DNA of 64,000 nt from the human T2T-CHM13v2.0 reference genome, Homo sapiens, in the NCBI RefSeq assembly GCF_009914755.1, contig NC_060938.1. One strand, given 5' to 3'. The notes beneath the pieces are model-generated. The model saw only the letters and a program-made list of their open reading frames with translations. It was not told the origin of the DNA and searched no databases. Of the stretch, positions 1-13,739 are shown in pieces; within the stretch, counting starts at the first letter, position 1, and every line of letters starts with the position of its first letter. The position numbers were made by a program, and so were the translations under genes.

Positions 1-55
1 AATATTTTTAAATGTGTAAGTTTTACACAGATTCTTCACTGTTTTAATTTTACAG

Positions 56-161
56 AAATCCCGGATAAAACAGAACGTCTTCATGCCTTGAAAGAAATTG
101 TTAAGAAATTTCATCCTGTAAACTATGATGTATTCAGATACGTGATAACACATCTAAACAG
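56..161 (+). CDS. ARHGAP5: Penultimate coding exon of Rho GTPase-activating protein 5 (p190-B), RhoGAP domain
   Basis: Acceptor ttttacAG at 54-55 and donor GTatt at 162. The 106-nt exon reads (K)IPDKTERLHALKEIVKKFHPVNYDVFRYVITHLN(R), a RhoGAP helix region. It splices in frame to the exon at 2255. Confidence 0.95.
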
Positions 162-850
162 GTATTTTTATTTTTTTAGGGTTTTTTGGCAAATAAAATG
201 CACTACACATTTCAAACATGTAAATTTTATAAATTGGATAATTATCAGATAGAAAAGGGGACTCAGACTAAACATATAGTTGAATTTTGTTTTTCTAATT
301 TATATCTAAAAAGATATATGATTAGTTTTGTAATGTAATTATTATATAAATAGTAAGTGTGGTAAGTATATTTTCCTTTTTACCACATTCTCTGTAAAAT
401 CTTAGAATTTTAGATATGAAATGACACTCAGATAACTAACCAGATTGACCTATTTGGAGTTGGAACAGGGTTTGGTTTGAAAAATTACTAGTTCTGTGAC
501 CTTGGGTAAATGACTTATTCTTCCTAAGTCTTGATTGTCTCAACTATAAACATGAAAATAACAACACTTCACAAAGTTGTTCTGAGGACTGAATGGAACT
601 ATTTTAGTATATGTACTAATTTTTTGAAAAGTCTCCTCATAATATTTTCTACTGGCATTTTAATGAACTGTATGGTTTTTTTTGTTTTTTTTTTTTTTTA
701 AACTAATAGTATCAACACCCAAACCAAGTACATTTCAGCTGGTACCTCCTAAAAGAGGATTCACCAATGTTTAAAGCTTACTTTTTACTAGCAATGTGGT
801 ATAAAATTGTATTAACATTTCTTATAACCTTTCCCTGAGAAAATACCATG

Positions 851-1038
851 GAAACATGGTGAAACCCCATCTCCACTAAAAATACAAAAATTAACTGGGC
901 GTGGTGTGAGCATCTGTAATCCTAGCTACTCAGGAGGCTTGGGGCGGGAGAATTGCTTGAGCCCGGGAGGCGGAGGTTGCAATGAGCTGAGATCATGCCA
1001 TTGCACTTCAGTCTGGCCAACAGAGCAAGACTCTGTCT

Positions 1039-1080
<42 letters not shown>
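851..1080 (+). mobile_element. 5'-truncated Alu with A41 tail (intronic)
   Basis: aacatggtgaaacccc...gactctgtctc followed by poly(A) 1040-1080. Confidence 0.9.
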
Positions 1081-1082
<2 letters not shown>

Positions 1083-1101
1083 TTGTTTTATGGAATGCTA
1101 G

Positions 1102-1403
<302 letters not shown>

Positions 1404-1435
1404 GCAACCAGGTTTTCTGAAAGTTAAAAATTCTC

Positions 1436-1531
1436 AGCCAGATGCGGTGGCTCAACACTTTGGGGAGCTGGAGGCCAGGAGTTTGAGACCAGTCTGAGCA
1501 ACATAGTGAGACTTGATTCTCAAAAAAAAAA
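1436..1531 (+). mobile_element. Alu monomer/fragment followed by a GA-rich tract
   Basis: gccagatgcggtggctca...gagtttgagaccagtctgagcaacatagtgagac. Confidence 0.65.
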
Positions 1532-1614
1532 AGGAAGAAAGGAGAGAGAAAGAAAGAGAGAGGAAAAAAAAAGAGAGGAACAGAGGAAGGAAGGGAAAAT
1601 TAGCCTGATATTAG

Positions 1615-2083
<469 letters not shown>

Positions 2084-2254
2084 AGGAAAAGTTTTTTACA
2101 TACGAATTAAAGATGCTTCTTTATGCAAATTTTTAAACCCCAGGTTTGAAGTAGGATAAAAGGTAACATTAAATCTGAGATCATTTCTAGCTCTGGAATT
2201 CTGTGATTGTAATGAGTTTTGATTTCTAAATGTTTTTTCCTTTCATAATTTCAG

Positions 2255-2582
2255 GGTTAGTCAGCAACATAAAATCAACCTAATGACAGCAGACAACTTA
2301 TCCATCTGTTTTTGGCCAACCTTGATGAGACCTGATTTTGAAAATCGAGAGTTTCTGTCTACTACTAAGATTCATCAATCTGTTGTTGAAACATTCATTC
2401 AGCAGTGTCAGTTTTTCTTTTACAATGGAGAAATTGTAGAAACGACAAACATTGTGGCTCCTCCACCACCTTCAAACCCAGGACAGTTGGTGGAACCAAT
2501 GGTGCCACTTCAGTTGCCGCCACCATTGCAACCTCAGCTGATACAACCACAATTACAAACGGATCCTCTTGGTATTATATGA
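2255..2582 (+). CDS. ARHGAP5: Terminal coding exon of ARHGAP5 (end of RhoGAP domain plus Pro/Gln-rich C-terminus)
   Basis: Polypyrimidine tract plus tttcAG at 2253-2254. Reads (R)[28 protein letters not shown]...[10 protein letters not shown], containing the RhoGAP 'NLM..NL.I.F.PTL' motif. TGA stop at 2580-2582. Confidence 0.96.
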
Positions 2583-4473
2583 GTAGGAAGTGATTGCAAA
2601 CAGGCTGGATTTGGACAAAAAGCAAATCTAGACATGCATGTTTCAGGGTTCAGTAGTATACTTCATGTTTCATACAGATAATTCACATTCAAAATTACAT
2701 TTTCTCTTTGAACTAGATGGTATTCCTTATTCACTTACATTACAAATCTAAGACCATGTGATAAGCATGACTGGAGAGGTTTAATTTTTATAAACAAAAA
2801 TAGCTATAAAGTACAAAGCTGCTGCTGCATGCAACCTTATTGCAATCAGTATATCATTCCTGTGGCAATTTCTGTCACCTTATATTGTGAATAAAATTTT
2901 TCTATAGAAATTAAATGATTTAAAAACTCACCTATATGAAACATTTAATGCTTTTCAGCCTGCTTTCTGGCTGATTTTGTTATTTGATGTGCTAATTTGG
3001 GCAACTTAATTTACATTCTGGCAGTCGGTGTAGATAACTAAAAGCCCAGTTAAGTATTTTATAATTTCAGGCTACTGAGGCCATGCTTGGGATGTTGTTT
3101 GAAAGAAAGAAAAAATACACTTGACATATTTCACATTTCTGTACCTTCATCTTTACTTCCAAGTAAACCCGTGGATGATTTGATGAGGGATAAATGAACC
3201 TATTTCTTTTACACACATACCAAGGACATGCTTGTGGCTAAAGTGAGTTGATAATGTTGTGCAAAGGATAGTTGTCACCAACTCATTTCTTTATGGTCCA
3301 TAATGAAATAAAAATTTTGTATACTGTTAATTCTGTAAACAGATGCATGTTCAAAAGATCTATGATGGTCTTGTAATCTTAATCTAATATATTTTAGATA
3401 TTTTAATTTTTTCCCTCTTGGGGAACACATTTAGTATAGTGTAGAAAATACTTCCATGACATTTTCATATAAGGTTATATAACTTTTCATACATAAACAT
3501 GAAATTTGTTGTAGAAAATTCTTTAAACCAAACATTTAAATCTAGGACTTCAATTTAATTTGTTCCTTGAATCTATTTTTATGTGGCCCTTAAAAAATAT
3601 CCAAAAAACCCATTGCTAATATAGCAATAAAAATACTTTGGGTACTGACAGACTCTTTGGAGTGTTTATATTACAAATTTGTATTCATATTCTTTTCTGT
3701 GATGTGTTGTACTAAAATCCAAAATGGCTTTTGCACCATTTTTAAGCCAATTTTTTCCTTTGATGTTGGTACCAGAATTACTATAAGTGACTGCTGCTTT
3801 TGGGGGTAAACATTTTGTTAGTGAAGATAAAACCAGAACACTAAATTATGGATAAAATTTTCAGAATAGGTGGCACAGGTAAATTTCACTAGGTTATATT
3901 TTGTGTAGTAAAGAAAAAAATTATTTGGTCAATGTTATCTTAATTCATACTACAATTTAAGATTATCTTATGTGTATTATAGTAAATAGATGATTTTCAG
4001 ATTCAAGGCTCCTAAGAGTTTGATTTGCTCTGTTTTTTCCTAAAATAAATATTGTCTCTCCCAACTGTTAAGTTCTAGGTATTGTACTTCCAATTTTAAC
4101 TTCAGAACCAAGATGTTGGCATGAACCAGGCTGCTGTTGAAGTACATGTATATTATAAATTATCTTATTTGTGTTATACTCTTACATGTTATCTTTTCTA
4201 AGAAAACAAAGTCCCTATTATTCCTATTGCAAAGCACACAGGAATTAAGAAAGTACAGTAATTTTTAAAAAAAAATCCGGTAAATGTAGTATTCTTAACC
4301 TGTTCTATATTACTTATACCTATTGTCTATATAGCTTTAATTTATAGTTGTCAGTTTAACTATTGGCATGTCTGGCAAAGAAAATTAAACTTTAAGAGTT
4401 TTATAAACTGTTTCTAGGTTGCTAAAGAATTTATTTTTCTACTATATATGGTATAGACAAAGCATCAAACTAT

Positions 4474-4481
4474 GTACAGGA
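4474..4481 (+). promoter_or_regulatory. miR-486-5p 8mer seed site (GTACAGGA) in the ARHGAP5 3' UTR
   Basis: Exact complement of the miR-486-5p seed (CCUGUAC) plus A1. I recall ARHGAP5 being a reported miR-486-5p target. Confidence 0.55.
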
Positions 4482-7337
4482 AAAAAGCCTGACTATTTCT
4501 ATTTGGAAGTAGGCTGAAAAGAGAATTTTCAAAACTGTTCGTGTCTTCAGTTCATTCTGTCATAACTTTGCTATTGTAATATGTGAATACCAGTTTATTT
4601 AAGCTGTTCTCTTTTATACTGTATTAATTTAATGTTCATCTGCGTTTAGTACCATTTTTGTTATTAAAACTGGCATTTACCGTTTTTCACATTAACCCAC
4701 CTTGCACCTTCCCCCAAACTTATCTCCACTTTTCTATGCATTCTATCATTGATTTGACACACTTCATAGTGAGTCATTTAAATACTCTACGTTTGGTTCA
4801 ATTAACCAGTAGGTTACAGTTATTGAAAATTAAAGTACAGTTTAAAGCTCAGTCTGTTACACTGAATTGATTGTGTTTGTTTTTGCCAAGGGTTTAGATA
4901 TGCTTTTAAATATTAGAAACATCTAAGAACAGAATAACATAATTAAACTTTTTTCTGGTAAGTTACTGGAAGGTTTCACTGTTTAGGGACCTATCATATG
5001 AGACTTCTTAAAGGATTAAAAGAATAGGATAGTCTCATAATTGTGAGTAAACATCAAGGCATTATATTTTACAATACTGAATAAAATTTCATCTACACAC
5101 ATGTTGCCATTGTTTCATTTAAGGTTCAGTGCTTATAGTTAACTACAATATTGGACCTAACAGGATCTAGATTAGCAATATAAAGAAGCATAGTGGTACT
5201 CTGTTTCACACTTTCAGTAGATTTATTAGAAGTCAAATTCTATTCAACAGACACTTATTAGGATATACAACTAATTTAAGAATAAAATTCCAGGCACAAT
5301 ATATTTTTTTTAAATGGTATTTGTTAGTAGTGCTTCTTCCCCTTAACATTTACAGTGTAAATACTGCAGGTAACCGCAATCTAAGTTAGCCAAAAAGCAG
5401 CTTTTTTTCCCATACTGTATGTAAATAATGTAGACCTGGGTTTTTTTGTTTATTTGGGTTTGTTTTTTTTTTTGAGGTACTGGAATCTAATTAATATCTC
5501 TTAGGTATCAACAAAAGGGAACAATTGGAATGAGAATTTAGGCCTTAGCTTCCATGGTGATTTTTAGTTTTTTATACAGTAATAATTGTGATGCTATTTG
5601 TCAACTGGATATAAATACACATATAATTTTAAAAAGTCAAAAGTGCTTTTGTTTCTTTGTTTAATGTAATTTTTGTGCTTCACCTACAGGATGCTGCAGT
5701 AAATTAAATATCAGTGAAGCTTCTGATGTATAAAGAATGCTATGAATAAAACATTAAGAAGCTGTGTAATTTTAAGTTATAGTTGCCTCTATTTTTACCA
5801 TTTCATTGGTAAAAATTAGCTAATTTTTTTCAAGTGAAATGAAAAATAAAAATATAAATTTATCAATATGATGGAAATCTTATTAAGGAGATGTATTATT
5901 GAATTTTCACTGTACCTGAAAAGGAGATTCAAAATTTTTTCTGGGGATGTATATAGGTGAAAATTTGATTTTTTAAATTATCAGGAAAACAAGATAATGC
6001 ACAGATTTCTAAGACTAAGATCTTACCTGGATGTGATTTTTGAGCTGTGGCTAGACATTCTTTAGAGCCACTGGAAATATTTTGAAAACTATTCTAGTTA
6101 TAGCAGAGCTGCTAATATTAACGAATATATTTGTGTCTTCATGGTTTGTGACTATTAGGCCAAATTTTGTGGTATATGTTGTCAGTCTGGATCTGGTGAG
6201 GTCTGTTCAACATGAATCTTTGTGTTATCTTGAATTTAGTAGTTTCAAGGTACTTAAATTCTTAACAGTTTCTAATTTGTTTCAATACATATGGGACATG
6301 GTTGATTTTTTTACTGTATTAGAACTCTTGGAAGTTCTTAGCCTTTTCAGGTTATGAAATACCTGAAAGTAAAATTTTCTAAGATTTAATAAGGGAAGAT
6401 ACTATTCAAATCATTTTCTTAGGATAGCATCTTTACATACAATGAGAGGATTGTACAAGCATTAATCTCATATTCCAACATCCAGTTACTTGATGTGATC
6501 CAAGTACCCTGGTCTTTTTGAAGCAGTTAAAATCTAATTAATTAACTTTGGGAGTCTTCACTATTCAATTGATCCTCATCATTGTCCTATTTGCATGACT
6601 CCATTTTTTCCTCCACTATATGAGTTTTCTTTGTCAGGGGGAGAGGAGTGGGAAGAGTCACAGAATCTCATATTCACATCTTAATTAAATTGTGTGAAAT
6701 TAGTCTTTTGTGGAAATTCTGTAGGCAGTATGATTTTGAAAAGCTAACCAATGATAATTAGCATTTTAGTTAATACTAAATGCATAAAATTATAACCCTT
6801 GAAATTAATTTGGTGCTGGCAGTTCTGGTTTAGTCATTTTTACCAGTAGTTAGTAGTATTAAGACCTGCAGTATATGCACTTTTTGAGTAGCTGTCAAAT
6901 AATTGTAGTTGAGAAACAACTTGTTTATTCTCACAATTCAGATTTTCTATTCAGTTTTGTCTCAAATAGTAAGTTATTGTGAACAATTTAATAACGGCCC
7001 TCCTGTTCTAGTTTGCCTAATATTTTAGTTAAGATTTAGTGTTTTAACCTATTTTTTTAAGTTTATTTTTTGTATTAGATTTTATTTGAATAAGTTATGT
7101 GGGTTTAGTAATTGACCTATTTATTCATTGCTTCACTAATTCATCCAGATTAGTTTTAAGTGTGTATATGTATTTGCTCACCAGATCATTTTCTTGGGAC
7201 CTTGAACTGTGAATGTTTTGTCCTAACCATTTAATATTTTCTAGGTACTTGCTGCAAGTTCTTGAACTATTTTACCAGCTTTAACTTTGGGGCTCTTAGT
7301 TTCTTTTCTCCAGATTCTTGTTATTTTATTTTATCCA

Positions 7338-7343
7338 AATAAA
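7338..7343 (+). terminator. ARHGAP5: Distal polyadenylation signal AATAAA
   Basis: Canonical hexamer with U-rich upstream sequence and a downstream 'gtagacttctgttt' element, at the end of the repeat-free block. Confidence 0.7.
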
Positions 7344-7602
7344 TATTTAGGTGTTCTAAGAAGTAGACTTCTGTTTAATTCCGTAAAATAAGTAAAATCA
7401 GAAGCTGTACACACTATCATACTGTTATTATTTGGGATTGTTTATAAATGTAGGTGAAAGGATAAAAAATACCTATCTGAGAGAATACAGTCTTTAGATA
7501 TCCTTCTTGGAAATTTGACTTAGAGATTTTTCATTTGTTGGCAGTCACAGGCATAGCTGCTGAATGTCTTTTGGTCTGTAATATTTGAAGTGAGAAACAT
7601 TA

Positions 7603-7920
<318 letters not shown>

Positions 7921-8004
7921 TAAATAACAAACTAAAATGTTATATCTAGTACTTTAATTAAAAAATGACTGTTGTGTACCTTAGAATCCATTTAGATTAT
8001 TTTT

Positions 8005-8210
8005 ATGGAGTTAGCAAACTTTTTGGGGAAAGGACAGATAGTGTCTTTGGCTTTGCAGGCCATATGATCTCTGTGGCACTTCTCTGCTATAGTGCACAAA
8101 TAGCCATAATGCAGAAATGAAAGGAATATAACTGTGTTCCAATAAAATTGTGTCTGTAAAAAACTAGCAGCAGACCAGATTTGACCCACAGATATTGGCT
8201 GGTCCCTGGC
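8005..8210. mobile_element. MER58A-like hAT-Charlie MITE
   Basis: gttagcaaacttttt...ggctttgcaggccata...gtgttccaataaaa...gatttgaccc matches the MER58 pattern. Confidence 0.65.
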
Positions 8211-8689
8211 ATAGATTGTTAATAAAATTATCTCCTCCAACTTTATGTGGAATATTTTATGATAGATAATTCAAAATAATATCGGTTGGAGTAAAATTTT
8301 ACACAGGATAATTACCCTCTGTTCCTGTTGCCATTGTTTCCAAAGGAAATTCTCTATTTTCATTTACTTAGTAATAAGTAAATAAGGAGAGCTATGTGAA
8401 ACGGTTATTTTAAAAGCTCTTAGTAACAAAAACTATCTGGAAGGTAGGACTGGTGATACAGTTGTACACATCAGAACTGATTTGTTTTCAACAGCCTTAT
8501 TAAGGATAACACAAGATTTTTCAGGGCAGTAATTACATCTCCACATTCTGTACATTAATCATGACCACACAACATTTCAATAAATTGTGGCATAGATTAA
8601 TGAAGTTATTAACACTTAACAAAATCATGTCCATAATCGATCTAAAAGTATGTGATGATTATTTAATTGGTGGTCTCTCCAAGGTGTAG

Positions 8690-9290
8690 GCATCACTAAC
8701 CAGTCTGCTTAGGTGCCTTTGGAGAATGCATATAGAAGGGAAACTATATGTGTACCGATTGTTGGCAGGCCTTTATTCAGAGGATAAATTTGACTGAAGG
8801 TCAGAGAATTCATAATGTAGAGAAACATAAATGGAGTAATTGTGGGAAGTTCTTCCAAGTAACACCTCAATCAATGTCAGCAAACATCCCGGAGAGAAAT
8901 TTTATAATGGTCCCGACTTCGACTGGTTTGACTCAAGATTTTTCAACTTTACAGTGGTGCGAAAACCATACACATTCAGCGCACTCCTTGACTTACAATT
9001 GGTTTATCAGAACTTGGTCCCATTGTAAAGCAAGGAATATATATGTGTTAAATATTGCGGTGGGAAAGGTCAACAGAAGATTACGTATCTCTGCCATAAT
9101 GCTCAGGCTGGAAAGACCTATGAATGTATTGAAAGGGCCTTCACCTATAAATTGGTCTGACTGCATATCAGAGCATTCACTCTGGCCAGAAGTCACAACT
9201 CAGTGTACACCATAATGTCATACTGAAGGGAGACTTATCACATACTGAGTGTGGAAAAGCTGTCAGCCACAAACTAAACTTGCTTATTGA
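8690..9290 (+). pseudogene. Highly decayed C2H2 (KRAB-type) zinc-finger array fragment
   Basis: Across frames: RMHIEGKLY, CTDCWQAFIQRINLTEGQRIHNVEKH, CGKFF, HPGEKFY, KTYECIERAFTYK, QSIHSGQK, TECGKAVSHKLNL. These are degenerate C-x2-C...H/HTGEKPY repeats with frameshifts. Confidence 0.7.
8907..9043. mobile_element. MER47/Tigger5-like internally deleted MITE inserted into the ZnF remnant
   Basis: One end atggtcccgactt...ttcaactttac; the other end is the reverse complement of tcct..ttacaatggg..ctgataaacc..tgtaagtcaa. Flanked by TA. Confidence 0.6.
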
Positions 9291-9899
9291 ATGGTAGCCA
9301 GCCTCCATGATGGCCCCCAATGATCCTAGCTCATGGTTAACTTCTTGCATAGTCCCCTAACTTCAGTGTACCAAAATTGGTCTGTGTGACCTGAAGCATT
9401 TTTTGTGAATACTCAAATGGAATTTAAAAGAAGCCAAATTTGTTTATACATTTTTTTAACCACAGCTTCCAGATATTTACAGCTGTCTCATACCACCTTT
9501 ACTTGGAGAAAGCCAAATTCCCATATAGTTAGAATATAAGTGACTTAACAGCAACAAGAAGGAAGTTCCACTTATAGTAATGTAAGATGATTTGGACCAA
9601 CCATCCAACTGAGGGCATCTAGACAAAATGGAGAAAATTGTTTAAAAAAAAAAATCAATTTGAAGGCCATTAGAAAGCCAGTAAGCACAAAATTACAACC
9701 AGAAGTTGGGAGAGAAAATAACACCCAAGTAGGTGAGCCTGTTTTGGGGGCCACTTTCTCCTTGAGTTTTTTGGCAAATTCTGGAGGAGGTATCCAAGAG
9801 GATGACAATATATCTGATGGTGTCCTACAGGCATAGGTGAACAGAAATTGGAATTAAAGACCTTTTAAAGCTTTAAAGTATTTCTATAGTTTTGCAAAC

Positions 9900-11560
9900 G
9901 ATGTTTACCACAAAATAACAAGGCATGTGTGGAGACAAGACAATATGAATCAAAGACAACACAGATTTTAAAATATGCTTACTCAGTCCAAGGAGATAAA
10001 AGTCAAGATGAAGAATTTAGCAGATATCTGGAAAATTACAGAAAAATTTCCAATGTTATATAGCCAAAAATAATACTAGCTGAAATCAAGAACTCAATGT
10101 TCTTGTGACAGCTTACTCACAGCTGAAGATAGAATTCGTGAACTGAAAGACTGGTGAGAAGAAAATAGAATAAAACAAGAACAGAAAATATAGAAGATAA
10201 GAAATGTTTATCAAATTTAACACCGCAGGAAAACAGCAGAGAGATGCAAAAGCAATATATTGATAGATAATTACTGAGATCTTTCCATAGCTGTCAAGAT
10301 AAGCAACTGATTTGGGGAAGCTTCTGAATCTCAAGCAAGAAAGAAAAATTCATACCTAAGCATATTATAATAGAACTGAAAACCAGAGAGAAAAAATCTT
10401 AAAAGCAACCAGAGAGAAAAAAATCACTTTCAAAATTCTACTACTTCACTAAAAGCTACCTAATCAAAACAGAAACGAAAATATAGTGAAATGGTATCTT
10501 TACCTAGAATTTAATGTCTAACAGAAATCACCTTTAAAAATGTCAAAGTTGTTTTCAAGAAAAGTAGAAAATTCTCCTACAATGAAATACTGAATTATAC
10601 TTTTATAAATCCGAGGGTTTATTAGGAATAATACTGAAAAGAGATTTTCAGGCAAGAGAACTATCCCCAGGTGGAATGTTGATACATAAGAATGAATAAA
10701 AAGCAACAGAAATGGCAAATATGTGGTTAAATCTAAGTGCTAATATGAAAACAAGACAAAAACATTATGGATTTAAATACATAATGAACTAAAATAAGGT
10801 ATCTAAACTGCAAGAGATGTAACTAGAGTTCATGTTGGAAATTCCTTGCTTCTCCCAGAGGAGGGTAATACCAATTAATGTTAGATTTTGTTATGTCAAG
10901 GATGCATGTAATTTCTATTGTGACCACTAAAATAATGGTAAGAAGCATGTAACATTCAAACCAGTAAGAATGAAAAAATGGAATAACAGAAAATGTTTAA
11001 AGGGGAGAAAATAAAAGGAAACAACGGACAAATAGAACAAAAATATAATATTGTACATTTAAACCCAAGCATTGCATCAAATTAAAAAATAAATATTTGA
11101 ATGGGACATCAGATGAGTCAAAAAAAAAAAAAAAAAAAAAAACCACAACAAAATTACAGGCTATTCACAAAGGCCATACCAAAATTATAAGGATACAGAG
11201 AGGTTAAGAGGAAAAAGATGGTATTATAAACATGCTAATATATTTGAATTGTTACTACCCTCTTGGACTAGCAAGAACTTTCCAATGTGAACTCTGAGGG
11301 AAATAGGAAAATTCCCCCAAAAGCACAACCTATCAAAACTTACATAAAAAGAGTAGAATACACAAATAGTCTGAAACCTATTAAACTGAATTTGTAATTT
11401 CATAGTTTGCTTACACAGGCCCACATGACTTTGCAAGTGGATTTTACTAATTAAGGAATAACACAAATCCTTTATAAAGGTTTCAGTAGAACAACAACAA
11501 AAAAAGAAAAACACTTTAATTCATTTTATGAGGGCAACATAATCTTGATAATCAAATTTC
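9900..11560 (+). mobile_element. Ancient L1 (L1M-type) ORF1/ORF2 remnants
   Basis: A-rich strand. ORF1-like catacctaagcatattata...aaaaaatcttaaaagcaaccagagag and ORF2-like aattcattttatgagggcaacataatcttgata. Confidence 0.7.
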
Positions 11561-11765
11561 TTTCCTAATTGAAATGTATTCTCTTACTTGAAAAACAGCT
11601 CCTGGTATGTTCCTGGACCCTAGTAGAGAAATGAACATTGGCCATGTGTCTGGAGTGGCCCATAATGAGTGGGTTTTGTTAGACCCATCAATTCATAAAG
11701 ATAGGCAGGCCCAGCACCAATGCATTGTAAGATGGAAATCGGACTACCCAGCACGAGTAAGCTAT

Positions 11766-12166
<401 letters not shown>

Positions 12167-12309
12167 TACATAAGCAGACAGATCACCCACCACCACTACT
12201 CGTGTTTACCTCCCTCAGTTCACCCCTATGGTTGTATGAGGGGCCTCCTATGGTGAGATAAAGGAGGAGAAAAAGCCCAAGCTTGATTTACAAGATGGGA
12301 ACATATCTT

Positions 12310-12715
12310 TGACACACAAACTAACCAACCCAGAGCCATACCTCCTCTATCCTGCCCATACTCCCCAGGAAACAATATTCCCCTGCCTTAATCATTCAAG
12401 AGCCAGGTACCGGACACCTAGGGACCACTCCAATAGCTTAGAGTCCACCCGAATTATTGAAACTAGCCAGTGCTCAACTGTACACCCTGCCCTGCCTTGC
12501 CATTCGCACAGAAACCCCAGTAAAGGTTCTGACCTAATGCTTTCCCCTCGCGTCTGTTTTTTGCCTTCTGGCTATACTGGCATCTTTCCCACGTGGCCCT
12601 GCATAGCATGCCATGCCTCCTGTCTCTAGGACCTGTGAGTACAATGAACTTTATTTTCCTGAGCCTCTCCTGTGTTTCCTCTTGCAGCCACACCTGACTG
12701 ACCATTACATAAAAG
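12310..12715 (+). mobile_element. Solo ERVL-class LTR fragment (MER74-like) interrupting the pol remnant
   Basis: LTR-like sequence ending ctgtgagtacaat...cacacctgactgaccattaca. It separates contiguous RNase H motifs. Family call is tentative. Confidence 0.45.
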
Positions 12716-13619
12716 AAAAGGAAATAGACACTGTTAGGAGTGGCTTTGAAAGACGGTGGTGAAGGAAAATGTTCTCAATGGGCAGAGCTATAAGTGGTAC
12801 TCCTGGCCATCCATCTTGTGTAGAGGAGAAGTAGCCTGAGGTGAGAACATCTATGGATTTATAGGCAGTAGCAAATAGCCTAACTGGCTGGTCAGGGCCT
12901 GGAAGAGAAAGGGCTTGAAAATCCGTGATGAGGAGGTCTGGGGTATAGGAATATAGATGGCCATATGGGAATGAGCATGAAGTATAAATTTTGGAGGGTA
13001 TATTACATAGTAATGCTCACCAGAAAGCATAAACTATGGTCAAGGCACTGACTAACCAAATAGACAACATGACTCAGCCAGTTGACATTAGCCAGCTTTT
13101 GTCATTAGTTACCCCTGTGGCACAATGTGCTCATGAGCAGAGTGGCCACTGAGGCAGTGGCGGAGGCTATATACGGGCCTAACTTCCACTGAATGAGGCT
13201 ATAACTTTCACTGAATGAGCCTGACCTAGTTACTGAATCAGGCTGGTTCAGCTTTTCTGGATATCCAATCTACCAGCAAGAGAGACCAAAGGTGAGTCTC
13301 CAATATGGAACTGTTCTTGAGGAGACCAACCAGCTACTTACTGACATTTTGATTACATTTGGCCTCTTCTGTCCTGGAAGGGTCAGGATTCATTTGCCCA
13401 AGAATAAACATTAATTCCAGGTATAAATTTGTCTTTTCCTATCCCCCAAACCTCAGCAGCGCCACTATCTGAGGACTTAATGGAATGCTAGGTCAATAAA
13501 CATACAATCCCACATAACATAGCATCCAGTGAAAGAAGTGCAGGAATGCACCCATGACCATGGGACCCTCTGGTTGTATCAGTTATCACATCATCCAGAA
13601 GCTACTGGCCTAACAGGCT

Positions 13620-13737
13620 TTCCCTGCCTACCCTTGCCCCCACTTCTCTTTATCTTTCACGGGAGTTACCCTCAATAAGTACCTTGCATTTCCAACTCTG
13701 TCTTGGTGTCCACTTCCCAGAGACCTCACACTAACAT
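13620..13737 (+). mobile_element. 3' end of an LTR16-like LTR
   Basis: cctcaataagtaccttgca...gtccacttcccagagacctcacactaaca resembles the LTR16 3' terminus. Confidence 0.55.
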
Positions 13738-13739
13738 AG

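Larger units (their letters stand above)
2583..7362 (+). other. ARHGAP5: Long AT-rich 3' UTR of ARHGAP5
   Basis: Follows the stop codon and is free of recognisable interspersed repeats for ~4.8 kb. Ends at AATAAA 7338-7343 followed by a GT/T-rich stretch. Repeats resume at ~7.6 kb. The exact cleavage site is approximate. Confidence 0.8.

Noticed and set aside
2283-2582. Stand-alone 99-aa ORF
   Set aside because: It is the internal Met-to-stop part of the spliced terminal ARHGAP5 exon beginning at 2255
8748-9215. 155-aa ORF as a functional zinc-finger protein
   Set aside because: Zinc ligands are mutated, the frame shifts between fingers and the ORF runs through a MITE; only a pseudogene relic
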